64,000 bases of DNA from a virus (taxonomy: Duplodnaviria; Caudoviricetes). Position 1 is the first letter of the stretch. Each line of letters begins with the position of its first letter. Position numbers and translations under genes: made by a program. The stretch covers positions 32,001 through 96,000 of IMG/VR virus record IMGVR_UViG_3300033068_001704. One strand, written 5' to 3'. Shown here one piece after another: positions 46,698 to 56,344 of the stretch. The notes under the pieces are model-generated. The model searched no databases. It was not told the DNA's origin and saw only the letters and a list, made by a program, of their open reading frames with translations.

Positions 46698-48788
46698 ATG
46701 GGCGATCCCGTCTACGTGCTCTGCGACAGCACCTTCACATCACGAACTGCGATCGTGATGAAGCGCGCTGATGCCTCTCCTCCGCTTGGAAGCGGGGGCG
46801 GGGCCTGCCGTGTGGTGGAGCGCATCCTCCGCGAACGTCTCCCCCCGTCTCAGACGGAAGAGATGGTTCAGATCGTGGAGAGCGACGGGGACCTCTCGAA
46901 CGCTCAGGCGTCGAAGGTCTACGACTCGATCACCGAGTTCGGTCCCTCTCCCTTCGACCGCTTCGTTCTCACCCCTCACGCCCAGTACCGGATGGATCTC
47001 CGGAACATCCGGGTGAACGACCTCCGAGACGCCCTTCAGAGGTTCGTCAAGGAGATCGGGGAATGGAAGAAGCGTCGAGATCCGCGATACGAGCGCCTAC
47101 TCTCGAACACGCAGAAGGTGGAGTGGCTCGATCAGAAGTCGGGTCTGTTCTTCGTGTTCGGCCTCGGTCGGAATGGCGGGGCTCCCGCGATCATCACAAC
47201 CTACTGGAAGAACCGGGTCAACCCGCCGGCCCCGTCTGGGGGTTGCACCAAGAGGGTTGCGAACGACGCGGACCTGTTCGGGATCAGTACCTTCAGAGGC
47301 GAGAAGCCCTCGAAGGGGATTCTGAACGACACGAACCAGCCCGACAAGCTGTCGCCCGGCGAGTCTCCTCGATCGGATCGTGACCGCGCGCTCCCGCAGC
47401 GCCCGAGCACGAAGGAGAACCTCGAAGAGCACCGACCAGGGCCCCCGGTGTTCAACACCCCGGGACCTTCCTCGGGTCCGGGTGCAGAGGGGAAGCCGAT
47501 GAAGGTCCGTACCCCGGGGAAGCCGGGAGAGGAGTACGGCCACCCGTTCAAGAACGACATCGCCCCCCGTCGAACCACGGCATCGGATGACGATGAAGGG
47601 GACGAGGAGCGCGAGGTCGAGGCAGGCCTCGTCCCGACGTACTCCCAGCGTCAGCGCAAGCAGCGGGGCAAGGCGAAGCGGTACTACCAGAAGTATTACC
47701 GGCGTCACCGCAACAAGATCAAGATGCGGGCGAAGCGTCGCTACAAGCGCATCCGCCGCAACCCGACGTACAAGCGACGGCAGAAGATCCGCCGCGACCC
47801 GCGGTACATGAGCCGGTTCCGCCGGATCCCGAACGGTGGTCGGAGTGACCTGAGCGACCGGACGGCATCCATGTCGATCGGCTTCTTCCACATGACGTAC
47901 GGGTGGGGCGACGTCGTGGACTTCGCGGACGATGGTGTCGTCCTTCACCTCGACGGAGAGAGTGAAGAGTGCGCAGTCGTCCCGCTCCCGACCTTCATGC
48001 TCGGGGTCGTGTTCGATGGCGACGAGGACACCGAGGCGTTCTTCAACGCGATCGAGGAAGCGTACGGAGTCCCCGATCCTCGTTGGGTCGCAGCGGCGTA
48101 TCGCGAGGTCGAGGCAGGGACGTTCTACCGAGAGACGTTCACCCCCGGCCACAACATGGATGCGGGCCCTGGTGCGCAGGACCTTGGGGCCCCGGGACCC
48201 AACAACGTCAACGACTCTCTCCGGCTTCCCGATGACGAGCATGAGGATCGTCCGACCTCGCACAAGCTCGACATCAGCCCGACCACGAACAACCCCGGGT
48301 CTGCGAAGGTGATCCCTTCGGGCCATGGATTCGTGAACAAGGAGGCTTCAGGGCCTTCGGCGATCCGAGTCGCCAAGCGTCTCGCGGAGCTGCTCGACGA
48401 GACCTCTGGAGAGGTCAAGAAGCGGTCTAAGGGGCTCAAGCCGAAGGGGCGGAGGTTCAACCCGAAGACGTCGATGTTCACGTTCTCGGTGCCAGGGCAG
48501 ACCTCGGCCCAGACCTACGTGGTGCAGGCGAAGATTCTTCGGAAGGGGAACGCGACGAAGGTCTCGAAGATGGACCTTCTCGTCTCCTGCTCGTGCCCGT
48601 TCTGGCAGTGGCAGGGGCCTGAGCACTGGGCGAAGGTCGGGAATTACCTCTACGGGAAGGCCCGGGGGACGGCATCTCAGCCGGTCGTCAAGGACCCGAA
48701 GAACCATCACCGTGTCTGCAAGCATGTCGCGGCCTGTCTCGAATCCATTCGGAACTGGGAACTCGCCGCCGCTACCCCCACGAAGTAG
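46698..48788 (+). CDS. Multidomain protein: DUF4258/BECR-RNase-like domain, Arg/Lys-rich segment, SWIM Zn finger
   Basis: LTPHAQYRMDLRNI...IITTYW; RRHRNKIKMRAKRRYKRIRR; VSCSCPFW...VCKH; start may be 46758. Confidence 0.7.
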   Translation: MGDPVYVLCDSTFTSRTAIVMKRADASPPLGSGGGACRVVERILRERLPPSQTEEMVQIVESDGDLSNAQASKVYDSITEFGPSPFDRFVLTPHAQYRMDLRNIRVNDLRDALQRFVKEIGEWKKRRDPRYERLLSNTQKVEWLDQKSGLFFVFGLGRNGGAPAIITTYWKNRVNPPAPSGGCTKRVANDADLFGISTFRGEKPSKGILNDTNQPDKLSPGESPRSDRDRALPQRPSTKENLEEHRPGPPVFNTPGPSSGPGAEGKPMKVRTPGKPGEEYGHPFKNDIAPRRTTASDDDEGDEEREVEAGLVPTYSQRQRKQRGKAKRYYQKYYRRHRNKIKMRAKRRYKRIRRNPTYKRRQKIRRDPRYMSRFRRIPNGGRSDLSDRTASMSIGFFHMTYGWGDVVDFADDGVVLHLDGESEECAVVPLPTFMLGVVFDGDEDTEAFFNAIEEAYGVPDPRWVAAAYREVEAGTFYRETFTPGHNMDAGPGAQDLGAPGPNNVNDSLRLPDDEHEDRPTSHKLDISPTTNNPGSAKVIPSGHGFVNKEASGPSAIRVAKRLAELLDETSGEVKKRSKGLKPKGRRFNPKTSMFTFSVPGQTSAQTYVVQAKILRKGNATKVSKMDLLVSCSCPFWQWQGPEHWAKVGNYLYGKARGTASQPVVKDPKNHHRVCKHVAACLESIRNWELAAATPTK

Positions 48789-48821
48789 GCCTGAGGGTCG
48801 GTAGGGTTCCCCCAAGAACCG

Positions 48822-49205
48822 ATGCCGACCTACGACTACGAGTGCGAAGCTTGTGAAACGGCGTTCGAGAGGTACCTGCCCATGGCGGAGTACAACGCCC
48901 CGCAAACCTGCGAGAAGTGCGGGGCCACTGCGAAGAAGGTGATCTCGACGGTCTCCTTCGTTCTTGCGGGGGACGCCTGGCCTGGGAAGGCCAACAAGAT
49001 CAAGAACCAGATGGCCGCGAAGAACAAGCGGCTCGACAAGAAGCAGGCGGAGCAGAAGCGGGATCGACCCGGCATGACGCTCGCCCCGAACGTCAACGGG
49101 GAACGCGTGGACTCCTGGTCCGATGCGAAGAAGCTCGCCGAGTCGAAGGGCTTGAACACGGCTTCCTACGATCCGAAGGTCCGCCAAGAGGCGAAGAAGG
49201 ACTAG
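48822..49205 (+). CDS. FmdB-family zinc-ribbon protein
   Basis: MPTYDYECEAC...TCEKCG...KKVIS...F.L.G..W. Confidence 0.85.
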   Translation: MPTYDYECEACETAFERYLPMAEYNAPQTCEKCGATAKKVISTVSFVLAGDAWPGKANKIKNQMAAKNKRLDKKQAEQKRDRPGMTLAPNVNGERVDSWSDAKKLAESKGLNTASYDPKVRQEAKKD

Positions 49206-49249
49206 CGGGATCGGTGAACACACGATAACGCTAGAGAGGGGGAGAGCCT

Positions 49250-50008
49250 ATGACCCGTCAGCGTGACATCCCCTCCATTCAGTACCGCACCCCGAATCAG
49301 ATCAACATGACCCTCCCGGTTCGACCCGGGATCGACAGGTTCGAGATTCGAGGGGCAGCCAGACTCGTCGATGCGTATGGGACCGTCGCCGGCCTCACTG
49401 GAGGTGGGGCCCTCCCGATGTTCCAGATCACGAACGGTGGGGACTTCCGATCGAAGGGGATCCGCATGCGTCGGCTCCCTGCCATCGAGGAGTCGAGCCG
49501 CGGGCTGACCCGCATGGTGTTCGATCCGGACGACTTCGCGACCCCCGTCCAGGTGTCTGGGACGACCTATCTTCCGGGAGACGACCAGGTCTTGTTCCTG
49601 CGTGTCGCAGCGCACGACCAGGCCTCGAACACCTTCCTCCCGGAAGGCCCGATCATGATCGTGCCCTCGTACGACTTCTTCACGACGAAGGAGCCGACGC
49701 TCACGGTGACGGGGCAGGCTCCGAACCTCGCTGTGGGGGCGTTCCCCCCGAACATCCCGGACGCAATGCCTGCGGAGTCCTTGAACTTCCTCCTGCCGGC
49801 GTACTCAACGACCGTCTCGATCAAGAACCTCGAAGCGGCAGCCGGGCAGCCTCTGTTCGTCTCGTTCCATCCTGGGACGCCCCCGACCGTGCTCATGCCC
49901 GGAGATGACATCAGTCTGACGGGTGCAGGCATTCCCGAATTCTTCATCGGGAGCCCGAATGGGAACGCCTGGTTCTCCATTCGTATGGCTGTAGTCAACA
50001 GCGCGTGA
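49250..50008 (+). CDS. Putative structural protein
   Basis: Beta/Pro-rich ORF in virion cluster. Confidence 0.6.
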   Translation: MTRQRDIPSIQYRTPNQINMTLPVRPGIDRFEIRGAARLVDAYGTVAGLTGGGALPMFQITNGGDFRSKGIRMRRLPAIEESSRGLTRMVFDPDDFATPVQVSGTTYLPGDDQVLFLRVAAHDQASNTFLPEGPIMIVPSYDFFTTKEPTLTVTGQAPNLAVGAFPPNIPDAMPAESLNFLLPAYSTTVSIKNLEAAAGQPLFVSFHPGTPPTVLMPGDDISLTGAGIPEFFIGSPNGNAWFSIRMAVVNSA

Positions 50009-50118
50009 ACATGAAGGCGTTAGGGCTTCTATGCCCGAACGCTAACGGAAGGGAACATCCCGTTCCACAGAACTCAGCTCCCGTCAGTGCGGCGGGCCCC
50101 TCTTAGGGAGAAAACGAC

Positions 50119-50805
50119 ATGCCGTTCATCTGCCTCCGTCGCTCGGACATCCCCAACTCGACCCTTCAGGTCACCGACTTCTGGCCGAACAAGAGCCAGG
50201 CGAACCCCTCGATCGACCCGCAGCCTCAGGGCCCGCGGTACGTCAGCGCGCCCTCGACCTCGACGGTCACGCTCGCCAGCACCGGTGGCACTCAGCGCTA
50301 CTTCGCAGCCGCTCAGAGCGGTCTCGCGGCGTACCTGATCGCCAACGTGCAGGTCGGCGCAGCCGGCCCCGCGCTCACTCCGACGGAGGCCAACACGGCC
50401 GCCGCCGCGCTGATCGCGGCGATGCGCGCCGGGACTGCATCGGGCGCCACTCAGATCAACGCGATCCTCACCGCTGCGGCGACGGGCGCGAACCTGACGG
50501 CGAACACCTCGACCGGAACCGTCGCGGACGTGCTTCGCATCCTCGCGGGTGCGGTCTACACCGTGCCGGCAGCGACGATCGTGCAGGACGGCTCGGGTGA
50601 CTTCGTCGCCCAGGCAGGTCCGGCGGCGTGGAACGCGGCGAACTTCGACTACACGAAGTACAAGGACATCCTCGTCGCCGACGGATCGTTCTACATCTCG
50701 CTCGCAGAGGGCCAGCTCAACGGATTCACGTCCTCGACGTTCTCGTACGTCGGGACGACTGGCGCGGCTCTGGTCGTCTACGACGACGCTGGCGCCGTTC
50801 TCTGA
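50119..50805 (+). CDS. Virion structural protein, paralog A
   Basis: Near-identical termini to next gene; highly biased codons. Confidence 0.7.
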   Translation: MPFICLRRSDIPNSTLQVTDFWPNKSQANPSIDPQPQGPRYVSAPSTSTVTLASTGGTQRYFAAAQSGLAAYLIANVQVGAAGPALTPTEANTAAAALIAAMRAGTASGATQINAILTAAATGANLTANTSTGTVADVLRILAGAVYTVPAATIVQDGSGDFVAQAGPAAWNAANFDYTKYKDILVADGSFYISLAEGQLNGFTSSTFSYVGTTGAALVVYDDAGAVL

Positions 50806-50824
50806 ACCCTGACCGCTTCTAGGT

Positions 50825-50870
50825 GAAGGCGTCAAAACCCCTGATAACCCGGGGGGTTTGGCGCCTTCTT
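50825..50870 (+). terminator. Hairpin between paralogs
   Basis: GAAGGCGTCAAA...TTTGGCGCCTTC stem followed by TT. Confidence 0.5.
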
Positions 50871-50901
50871 CGTATTTCCCATGTTCCTGTAGGAGAGTGA
50901 G

Positions 50902-51942
50902 ATGCCGTTCATCTGTTTGAGTCGTTCTGACATCCCGAACGGGTCGCTTCAGGTGGGCGACCTGTGGCCGAACCGTTCCAAGTACAATCCGACGCTCGGG
51001 CCTCGCGCCCAGGGGCCTCGGTACCTGAGCGCGCCTTCGACCTCGACGGTCACCCTGTCCAGCACGGGGGCCACGCAGCGCTACTTCGCGACGGCCCAGT
51101 CGGGTCTCGCGGCGTACCTGATCGCCAACGTCGAGGGCGTCTCCGGGGCAGCTCTCACGCCGGCTCAGGCGGACACGATCGCGGCTTCCATCATCGAGGC
51201 GATGCGGGCGGGTGAAGACCTGGACACCGACGCCTTGAACGCCATCGTCGCGGCTGATGCAAGCGTGGCGGCAACGGGCGTCCTGACGCTCTCTGGGAAC
51301 GCGGCGAACACCAACACGGTGACGATCGGATCGAAGGTCTACACCTTCCAGACGGCCCTCACGAACGTGGATGGCAACGTGCTGATCGGTGGGAGCGCGA
51401 GCGCTTCGATCGACAACCTGGTCGCGGCGATCACCCTCGGGGCAGGTGCGGGCACCACTTACGCAGCGGCGATGACGCTTCATCCGACCGTCACGGCAGC
51501 AGCGGGTGCTGGCGACACGATGGATGCCACGGCGAAGACCGCCGGGACGGCGGGCAACGCCATCGCCACGACCGAGACGCTCGGGTCCGGGGTCTGGGGC
51601 GCGGTGACCTTGACCGGCGGCGTGGACGTGAGCCTGACGGGTGGGGATTCGACGGCCACGGTCCTCGACGTCCTGAGGATCCTCTCGGGGGTCACCTACA
51701 CCGTGCCGGCCGGCACGATCGTTCAGGTCGTCGTCTCGACCTTCAACCCCCAGGCAGATCCCGAGGCGTTCAACACGGCTGGGTTCGGCGACGGGGTGAA
51801 GGACATCCTCGACTCGGACGGGGCGTTCTACATCTCTCTCGCAGAGGGTCAGCTCGCCGGGTTCACGTCTTCGGCGTTCACGTACCTCGGGGTGACCGGT
51901 TCGGCCCTCGTCGTGTACGACAACGAGGGGCTCGTTCTCTGA
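50902..51942 (+). CDS. Virion structural protein, paralog B with ~115-aa inserted domain
   Basis: Aligns to paralog A except insert DASVAATG...LTGGVD. Confidence 0.7.
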   Translation: MPFICLSRSDIPNGSLQVGDLWPNRSKYNPTLGPRAQGPRYLSAPSTSTVTLSSTGATQRYFATAQSGLAAYLIANVEGVSGAALTPAQADTIAASIIEAMRAGEDLDTDALNAIVAADASVAATGVLTLSGNAANTNTVTIGSKVYTFQTALTNVDGNVLIGGSASASIDNLVAAITLGAGAGTTYAAAMTLHPTVTAAAGAGDTMDATAKTAGTAGNAIATTETLGSGVWGAVTLTGGVDVSLTGGDSTATVLDVLRILSGVTYTVPAGTIVQVVVSTFNPQADPEAFNTAGFGDGVKDILDSDGAFYISLAEGQLAGFTSSAFTYLGVTGSALVVYDNEGLVL

Positions 51943-52011
51943 TCGCTGTCTGATCGGGACAACCCCTTCGCGCGGTAGAGTTCAAGGCTACGCGAGAAGG
52001 GGTTGATTTCC

Positions 52012-52251
52012 GTGTCAGAAGAGAAGACCTACCGCACGTCAGATCTCTACTACGCGGCATACCTTCGGGTAGCCGGGGTGGTGTTCATCGATTCTGACCG
52101 AAGCGGGGGGCGGGTCTCGTTCATCTTCGAGAACACAGAGGCGATCCGGGAACTGAAGCGCGAATACTTCAACCGAACATCCAAGATCTGCGCCCTCAAC
52201 TACGCAGACGAGATTCGGAACATGAAGGCGCTGATCCACGGAACCTCGTAG
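52012..52251 (+). CDS. DUF5659-like small protein
   Basis: YRTSDLYYAAYL...G......RVSFIF. Confidence 0.6.
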   Translation: MSEEKTYRTSDLYYAAYLRVAGVVFIDSDRSGGRVSFIFENTEAIRELKREYFNRTSKICALNYADEIRNMKALIHGTS

Positions 52252-52305
52252 GTCGTCCCGCGGTAGGGATCGAATACGTCTTTCTCCCATAGGGAGAGGA
52301 AGACT

Positions 52306-52713
52306 ATGGCAAACGCACTCTACGACACCGGTCGCGCCGCGTTCTTGAACGGTGACGTCGATTGGACGGCGGACAACATCAAGGCGTGTCTCGTCGATAC
52401 GGCGAGCTACACGGTGAACCTCGCGACGGACGATTTCCTCGCGGACATCGCCGGAGGCGCGATCATCGCCACCTCGGGCAACTTCGCGTCCAAGACCAGC
52501 GCGGCTGGGGTGGCGGATGCGGCGGACATCACCTTCACGGCGGTGACCGGGGCAAGCTGTGAAGCTCTGGTGATCTACAAGGACACCGGCTCCGGCGCGA
52601 CGAGCCAGTTGATCGCCTACATCGACACGGCGACCGGTCTCCCGGTGACCCCGAGCGGAGGCGACATCACGGTCGTTTGGGACAACGGGGCGAACAAGAT
52701 CTTCAAGCTCTGA
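52306..52713 (+). CDS. Phage virion protein (tail/fibre-associated)
   Basis: MANALYD...FL.G.VDW..DNIK..LV...ADAADITF...LIAYID..GLPVT..GGDIT..W..G...IFKL. Confidence 0.75.
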   Translation: MANALYDTGRAAFLNGDVDWTADNIKACLVDTASYTVNLATDDFLADIAGGAIIATSGNFASKTSAAGVADAADITFTAVTGASCEALVIYKDTGSGATSQLIAYIDTATGLPVTPSGGDITVVWDNGANKIFKL

Positions 52714-52725
52714 TCGGGGAACCCC

Positions 52726-53763
52726 ATGGCACAGGAGCTGTGGACGAACAACGCCAAGAGCCTCCTTGCCTCGGGGATCACGAACAGCGCGACGTCGCTC
52801 ACGTGTACCACTGGTGAGGGGGCCCTCTTCCCTATCATCGGTTCGGGGACAGGGAATTTCTTCTTCGCAACACTGAGTGAGGGGTCCTCACTGGAGATCG
52901 TGCTGGTCGTCGCTCGAAGCAGCGACACGTTCACGATTCGCCGAGGTCAACAGGGGACCACCGGAACCACCTTCACTTCCGCTGCTCGCCTGGAGTTGCG
53001 TCCGACTGCGGGTTCGTTCGAGAATCTACAGCGGGAATCGAAGCTGGTGATGGTTTCCGGGTTCACCGGCTCGGATTACCTCAATGCGGCAGGGTTGAAT
53101 GGGAGTGCGACGACGACGATCAGCGCACTGGTCCGTCTCCCTACAGTTGCGGGGATCGTTACGAACAAGGCGATCGTTTCGAGCGGGTCCCTGTTCACCC
53201 AGGGGTACTTGATGACGGTCTCCGGAAACCGCCCTTTCGTGGAGTACGCAGACGGTTCGTTTTCCAAATTCTCCAGCGGTGGCGCTGATCCGAACTGGCC
53301 CGGCGTGGGTACGACTCCTTCGACGTCGGGGTTCGTGGATTGGAAGACGGCCGTTATGTCCCTTCGGTGGGATGGGACCTTGTTGTCCCTTTTCATCAAC
53401 GGGCTTCTGTTCCGTCAGACGAGTCCTGGATCAGGCGGCGCGGCGCCTGGGTCCAACGGCATGTTCATGGGGGTCAACGTAGACCTCAGCACTCCGTTCA
53501 CGGGTGGTGGTCTTGCGGGGGTCGCATACTGCGACAGCGTTGACTTCACCGACGATGAGGTCATCACCTGGCAGCGGGAGGTGATGGAGGCGAACGACGT
53601 GGTGGAGGGGGCCCTTGCGTGGGATGCCGTCTTCTCCTTCAAACAGTTGGGGTACAAGCACGGGGACTCGGTCCCTTCGTCCATGCCAGACATCCTTGGC
53701 AACGTGGACGTGGACCTCACTGGATCGCTCGTGTTTCGAGAAGAGCGGGCGCGTTGGCTATGA
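52726..53763 (+). CDS. Tail-associated protein with LamG/ConA-like domain
   Basis: WTNNAKSLLASGI..SATSL N-domain; W......WDG..L.LFING jelly-roll pattern. Confidence 0.65.
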   Translation: MAQELWTNNAKSLLASGITNSATSLTCTTGEGALFPIIGSGTGNFFFATLSEGSSLEIVLVVARSSDTFTIRRGQQGTTGTTFTSAARLELRPTAGSFENLQRESKLVMVSGFTGSDYLNAAGLNGSATTTISALVRLPTVAGIVTNKAIVSSGSLFTQGYLMTVSGNRPFVEYADGSFSKFSSGGADPNWPGVGTTPSTSGFVDWKTAVMSLRWDGTLLSLFINGLLFRQTSPGSGGAAPGSNGMFMGVNVDLSTPFTGGGLAGVAYCDSVDFTDDEVITWQREVMEANDVVEGALAWDAVFSFKQLGYKHGDSVPSSMPDILGNVDVDLTGSLVFREERARWL

Positions 53764-54047
53764 TCATGGCCCCGCCCAAGAACCTGCGACTGCACTGGGA
53801 TGCCGACCACGGTTGGATCGTCGATGTGCCGTGGGCGATGCCTGAGGAGATGCTGCGGCAGGTGGCCCGTGTGGCCCTGCCTCGACAGCTCGACCGGTGG
53901 CGTTCTCTCCCGCCCGGAGAGAAGAAGACCGAGCTGAAAGAGGCCCTCGTCAGCCTCCAGAGGCTTGAGGTCAGACAGAATGTCGTTGGCGTTCGTGGCG
54001 ACGGCAAGGGCGACATCATCCTGCACAGTGCTTCGAAGGGACGGTAA
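53760..54047 (+). CDS. Hypothetical protein
   Basis: ATGA overlap. Confidence 0.5.
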   Translation: MIMAPPKNLRLHWDADHGWIVDVPWAMPEEMLRQVARVALPRQLDRWRSLPPGEKKTELKEALVSLQRLEVRQNVVGVRGDGKGDIILHSASKGR

Positions 54048-54050
54048 GAA

Positions 54051-54566
54051 GTGGCAGCTACATGGAGGGCAACGTCCCAAGCAGTCGCGTTCGCGAGCGG
54101 CAAGTCGATGATCGACGTGTTCAACGCGACGGCATCGACGCGCGTCATCCGGGTGTATCGGATGTACCAGTTCAACAACGGTGTGTCGGCTGTGACCGGC
54201 GTGCTGACGACCATGCGTGTGAACCGAACTACCGCGGCCTCCGCGGGTACCACGGTTACACCCGTCAAGCATGACACCAACAGCTCTGCGCTCGCTGCGC
54301 AGACGACCTGTGGGACGGGTCGCACAATCACGCGTACGGACGTCTTCCGCCAGTATCTCTGGTCGAACGATGAGCCGGCTGTGTCGGGTGCCACACTCGA
54401 CGAGTGGGAGCTTCTGGTTCCGTTCGCTGAGGTGTGGAACGCGGGCTATGGCGACTCGGCTGTCGAGCCGCTGACGTGTCGTGCGGTCAACGGAGTGGAG
54501 ATTCAGCAGTCAGGTACCTCGGCGGTCGGAACGAACGACTTCGAGATCGAGTTCACCGACTCCTGA
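54051..54566 (+). CDS. Putative structural beta-sandwich protein
   Basis: Shares FN...S...IRV, PVK.DT.S..L, EPL..R...G pattern with both halves of next gene. Confidence 0.6.
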   Translation: MAATWRATSQAVAFASGKSMIDVFNATASTRVIRVYRMYQFNNGVSAVTGVLTTMRVNRTTAASAGTTVTPVKHDTNSSALAAQTTCGTGRTITRTDVFRQYLWSNDEPAVSGATLDEWELLVPFAEVWNAGYGDSAVEPLTCRAVNGVEIQQSGTSAVGTNDFEIEFTDS

Positions 54567-54575
54567 GGAACCTCT

Positions 54576-55793
54576 GTGGCGAACACGTACACGTGGAGGG
54601 TGCCTCGCGTTGACAGCAGTCCGCTGATCGACGGCATCGCCATGGTGTTCAACGAATCGGCTGGCGGGGAGATCGAGGTCATCGAGGTTCGGATCACTGA
54701 ACCTTCGGAGACCGCGCTGACCGGTGGCCTTTTCGGTGCAGGTGCTCACGAGCTGGAGACGATCAGCGCTTCTTCGGGGGGCGCTCTTGCCTCGGCGGTG
54801 AAATTCGACACGGATTCGGCCGACCTGCCTGCGGAGATCGAATTCGCAACTTCCCCCCTCAACATCACGGAGACAATCACGTTGCGTCGGCTGTCGGACT
54901 GCCCCCAGTTCAACAGCATCCCGGCCAACGCGATGAGAGCCACACGTTCCTACCTGAGGATGGGGGTCCCTACGGCACCTAGGGCAGACAGCATCTGGGA
55001 TAGCAACGTCACGTTCACCAGCAACGAGCACCTCGTGCTGCGCGAGGGGCAGGGCCTGGCGTTCATTCAGCGCAACGGAGTCCTGCCGCACTCGATGTAC
55101 GTGAATCTCACCGTGTGCGTTCAGAGCACGGGGGCCACGTACATGTTCCGGTCGCGGGACATCGGGACCATGGTCACCGATCGGGCGCTGTGGACGCTGA
55201 TGAATGGTGTGGGTTCGGGGGAAATCCTTGAGGTTTGCGGGATCCAGATGGGGGAAGACGGGGACATTGGCCTCGCTTCCACCATCCCCCAGCCGCCCAC
55301 CCTTCGGCTGATCCGCACGGAGGGGTACATCCCGACGGAGGGCTTGATCCCACACGAGGAGGAGTCGATCTCGCACGACCCTCTCCAGGCTGCGATGCCC
55401 CCGGGGGTAAAGCTGCTCACTGGAGCGTTCCGTACGGCTCTGCCTGGGTTCTGGAGCGGTGCCGTGTACACAGGGGACACCTCTGATCACTCGGTGGCCA
55501 ACATCGCGAAGGAGCAGCGTGCGGGAGTGGTGAGGCAGATCGTGCGCACCCCGCGACCCAACCGGATCACCGACGCGGTAACAACTCCGGACAACGGGTT
55601 CGAGATGTTCAAGGCGAAGGTCGGCCGCGGCATCGTTCTCCGCAACGGTCAGGGCTTGGCACTGGTTGGTGGGAGAGCCGGGATCCTGGACAACTCGCAG
55701 TTCAACTACTTCGACATGCGAGTGGTGTTCGTCCATAGACCTGCGGCGACTTACCCCGTCATCGGGAACAACCGAATCGTGAGGGTGCTGTGA
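54576..55793 (+). CDS. Putative structural protein with tandem beta-sandwich domains
   Basis: LVLREGQGLA and IVLRNGQGLA repeats. Confidence 0.6.
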   Translation: MANTYTWRVPRVDSSPLIDGIAMVFNESAGGEIEVIEVRITEPSETALTGGLFGAGAHELETISASSGGALASAVKFDTDSADLPAEIEFATSPLNITETITLRRLSDCPQFNSIPANAMRATRSYLRMGVPTAPRADSIWDSNVTFTSNEHLVLREGQGLAFIQRNGVLPHSMYVNLTVCVQSTGATYMFRSRDIGTMVTDRALWTLMNGVGSGEILEVCGIQMGEDGDIGLASTIPQPPTLRLIRTEGYIPTEGLIPHEEESISHDPLQAAMPPGVKLLTGAFRTALPGFWSGAVYTGDTSDHSVANIAKEQRAGVVRQIVRTPRPNRITDAVTTPDNGFEMFKAKVGRGIVLRNGQGLALVGGRAGILDNSQFNYFDMRVVFVHRPAATYPVIGNNRIVRVL

Positions 55794-56332
55794 CCGTTGA
55801 GCTAGGCACCACGATCGTTCGGGACTTCATGGTCACGGACCCGACCACGGGGGCAATGACGAACGCCGACTCGCTCCCCACCTGCGAGGTCTACGACTCG
55901 TCTGATACGGTGTTCATCGCACCTACGGTAGCGCTGCGTGACGCTGGTGTCCCTGGTCACTATCGGGTGCCTCTTGCTGTGACTGTCGGTAACGGCTTCG
56001 AGGAAGGACAGACCTACACGGCTTTTGTCACCGTGATTGTTGGGGGTGTGACTAGCAAGGCGGTGCTCGCTTCGTTCGAGGTCGCCCTTAGCATCCCGCG
56101 TGGGGCAGTGGTGGCCGACGGGTCAAACTCGGCGACCACGTTCGAGACCAATCTGACGGAGTCCACCGACGATCATTGGAAGGACGCGCTGCTGGTCTTC
56201 GTAACGGGTGCTCTGGCGGGACAGGTGAAGAAAGTCACCGGGTACAACGGAACGACCAAGTTCGTTACGGTCACCCCTGGCTTCACGGCAGCACCTGCGA
56301 CCGGAGTCCGTTTCATCCTGATCAACGCATAA
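55790..56332 (+). CDS. Ig-like tail/baseplate-associated protein
   Basis: G...NADSLPT..VYD...GHY N-domain; DHW......TGALAGQ...VT.Y.G.T...TV. Confidence 0.6.
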   Translation: MTVELGTTIVRDFMVTDPTTGAMTNADSLPTCEVYDSSDTVFIAPTVALRDAGVPGHYRVPLAVTVGNGFEEGQTYTAFVTVIVGGVTSKAVLASFEVALSIPRGAVVADGSNSATTFETNLTESTDDHWKDALLVFVTGALAGQVKKVTGYNGTTKFVTVTPGFTAAPATGVRFILINA

Positions 56333-56344
56333 GGGAGGGTCCTC

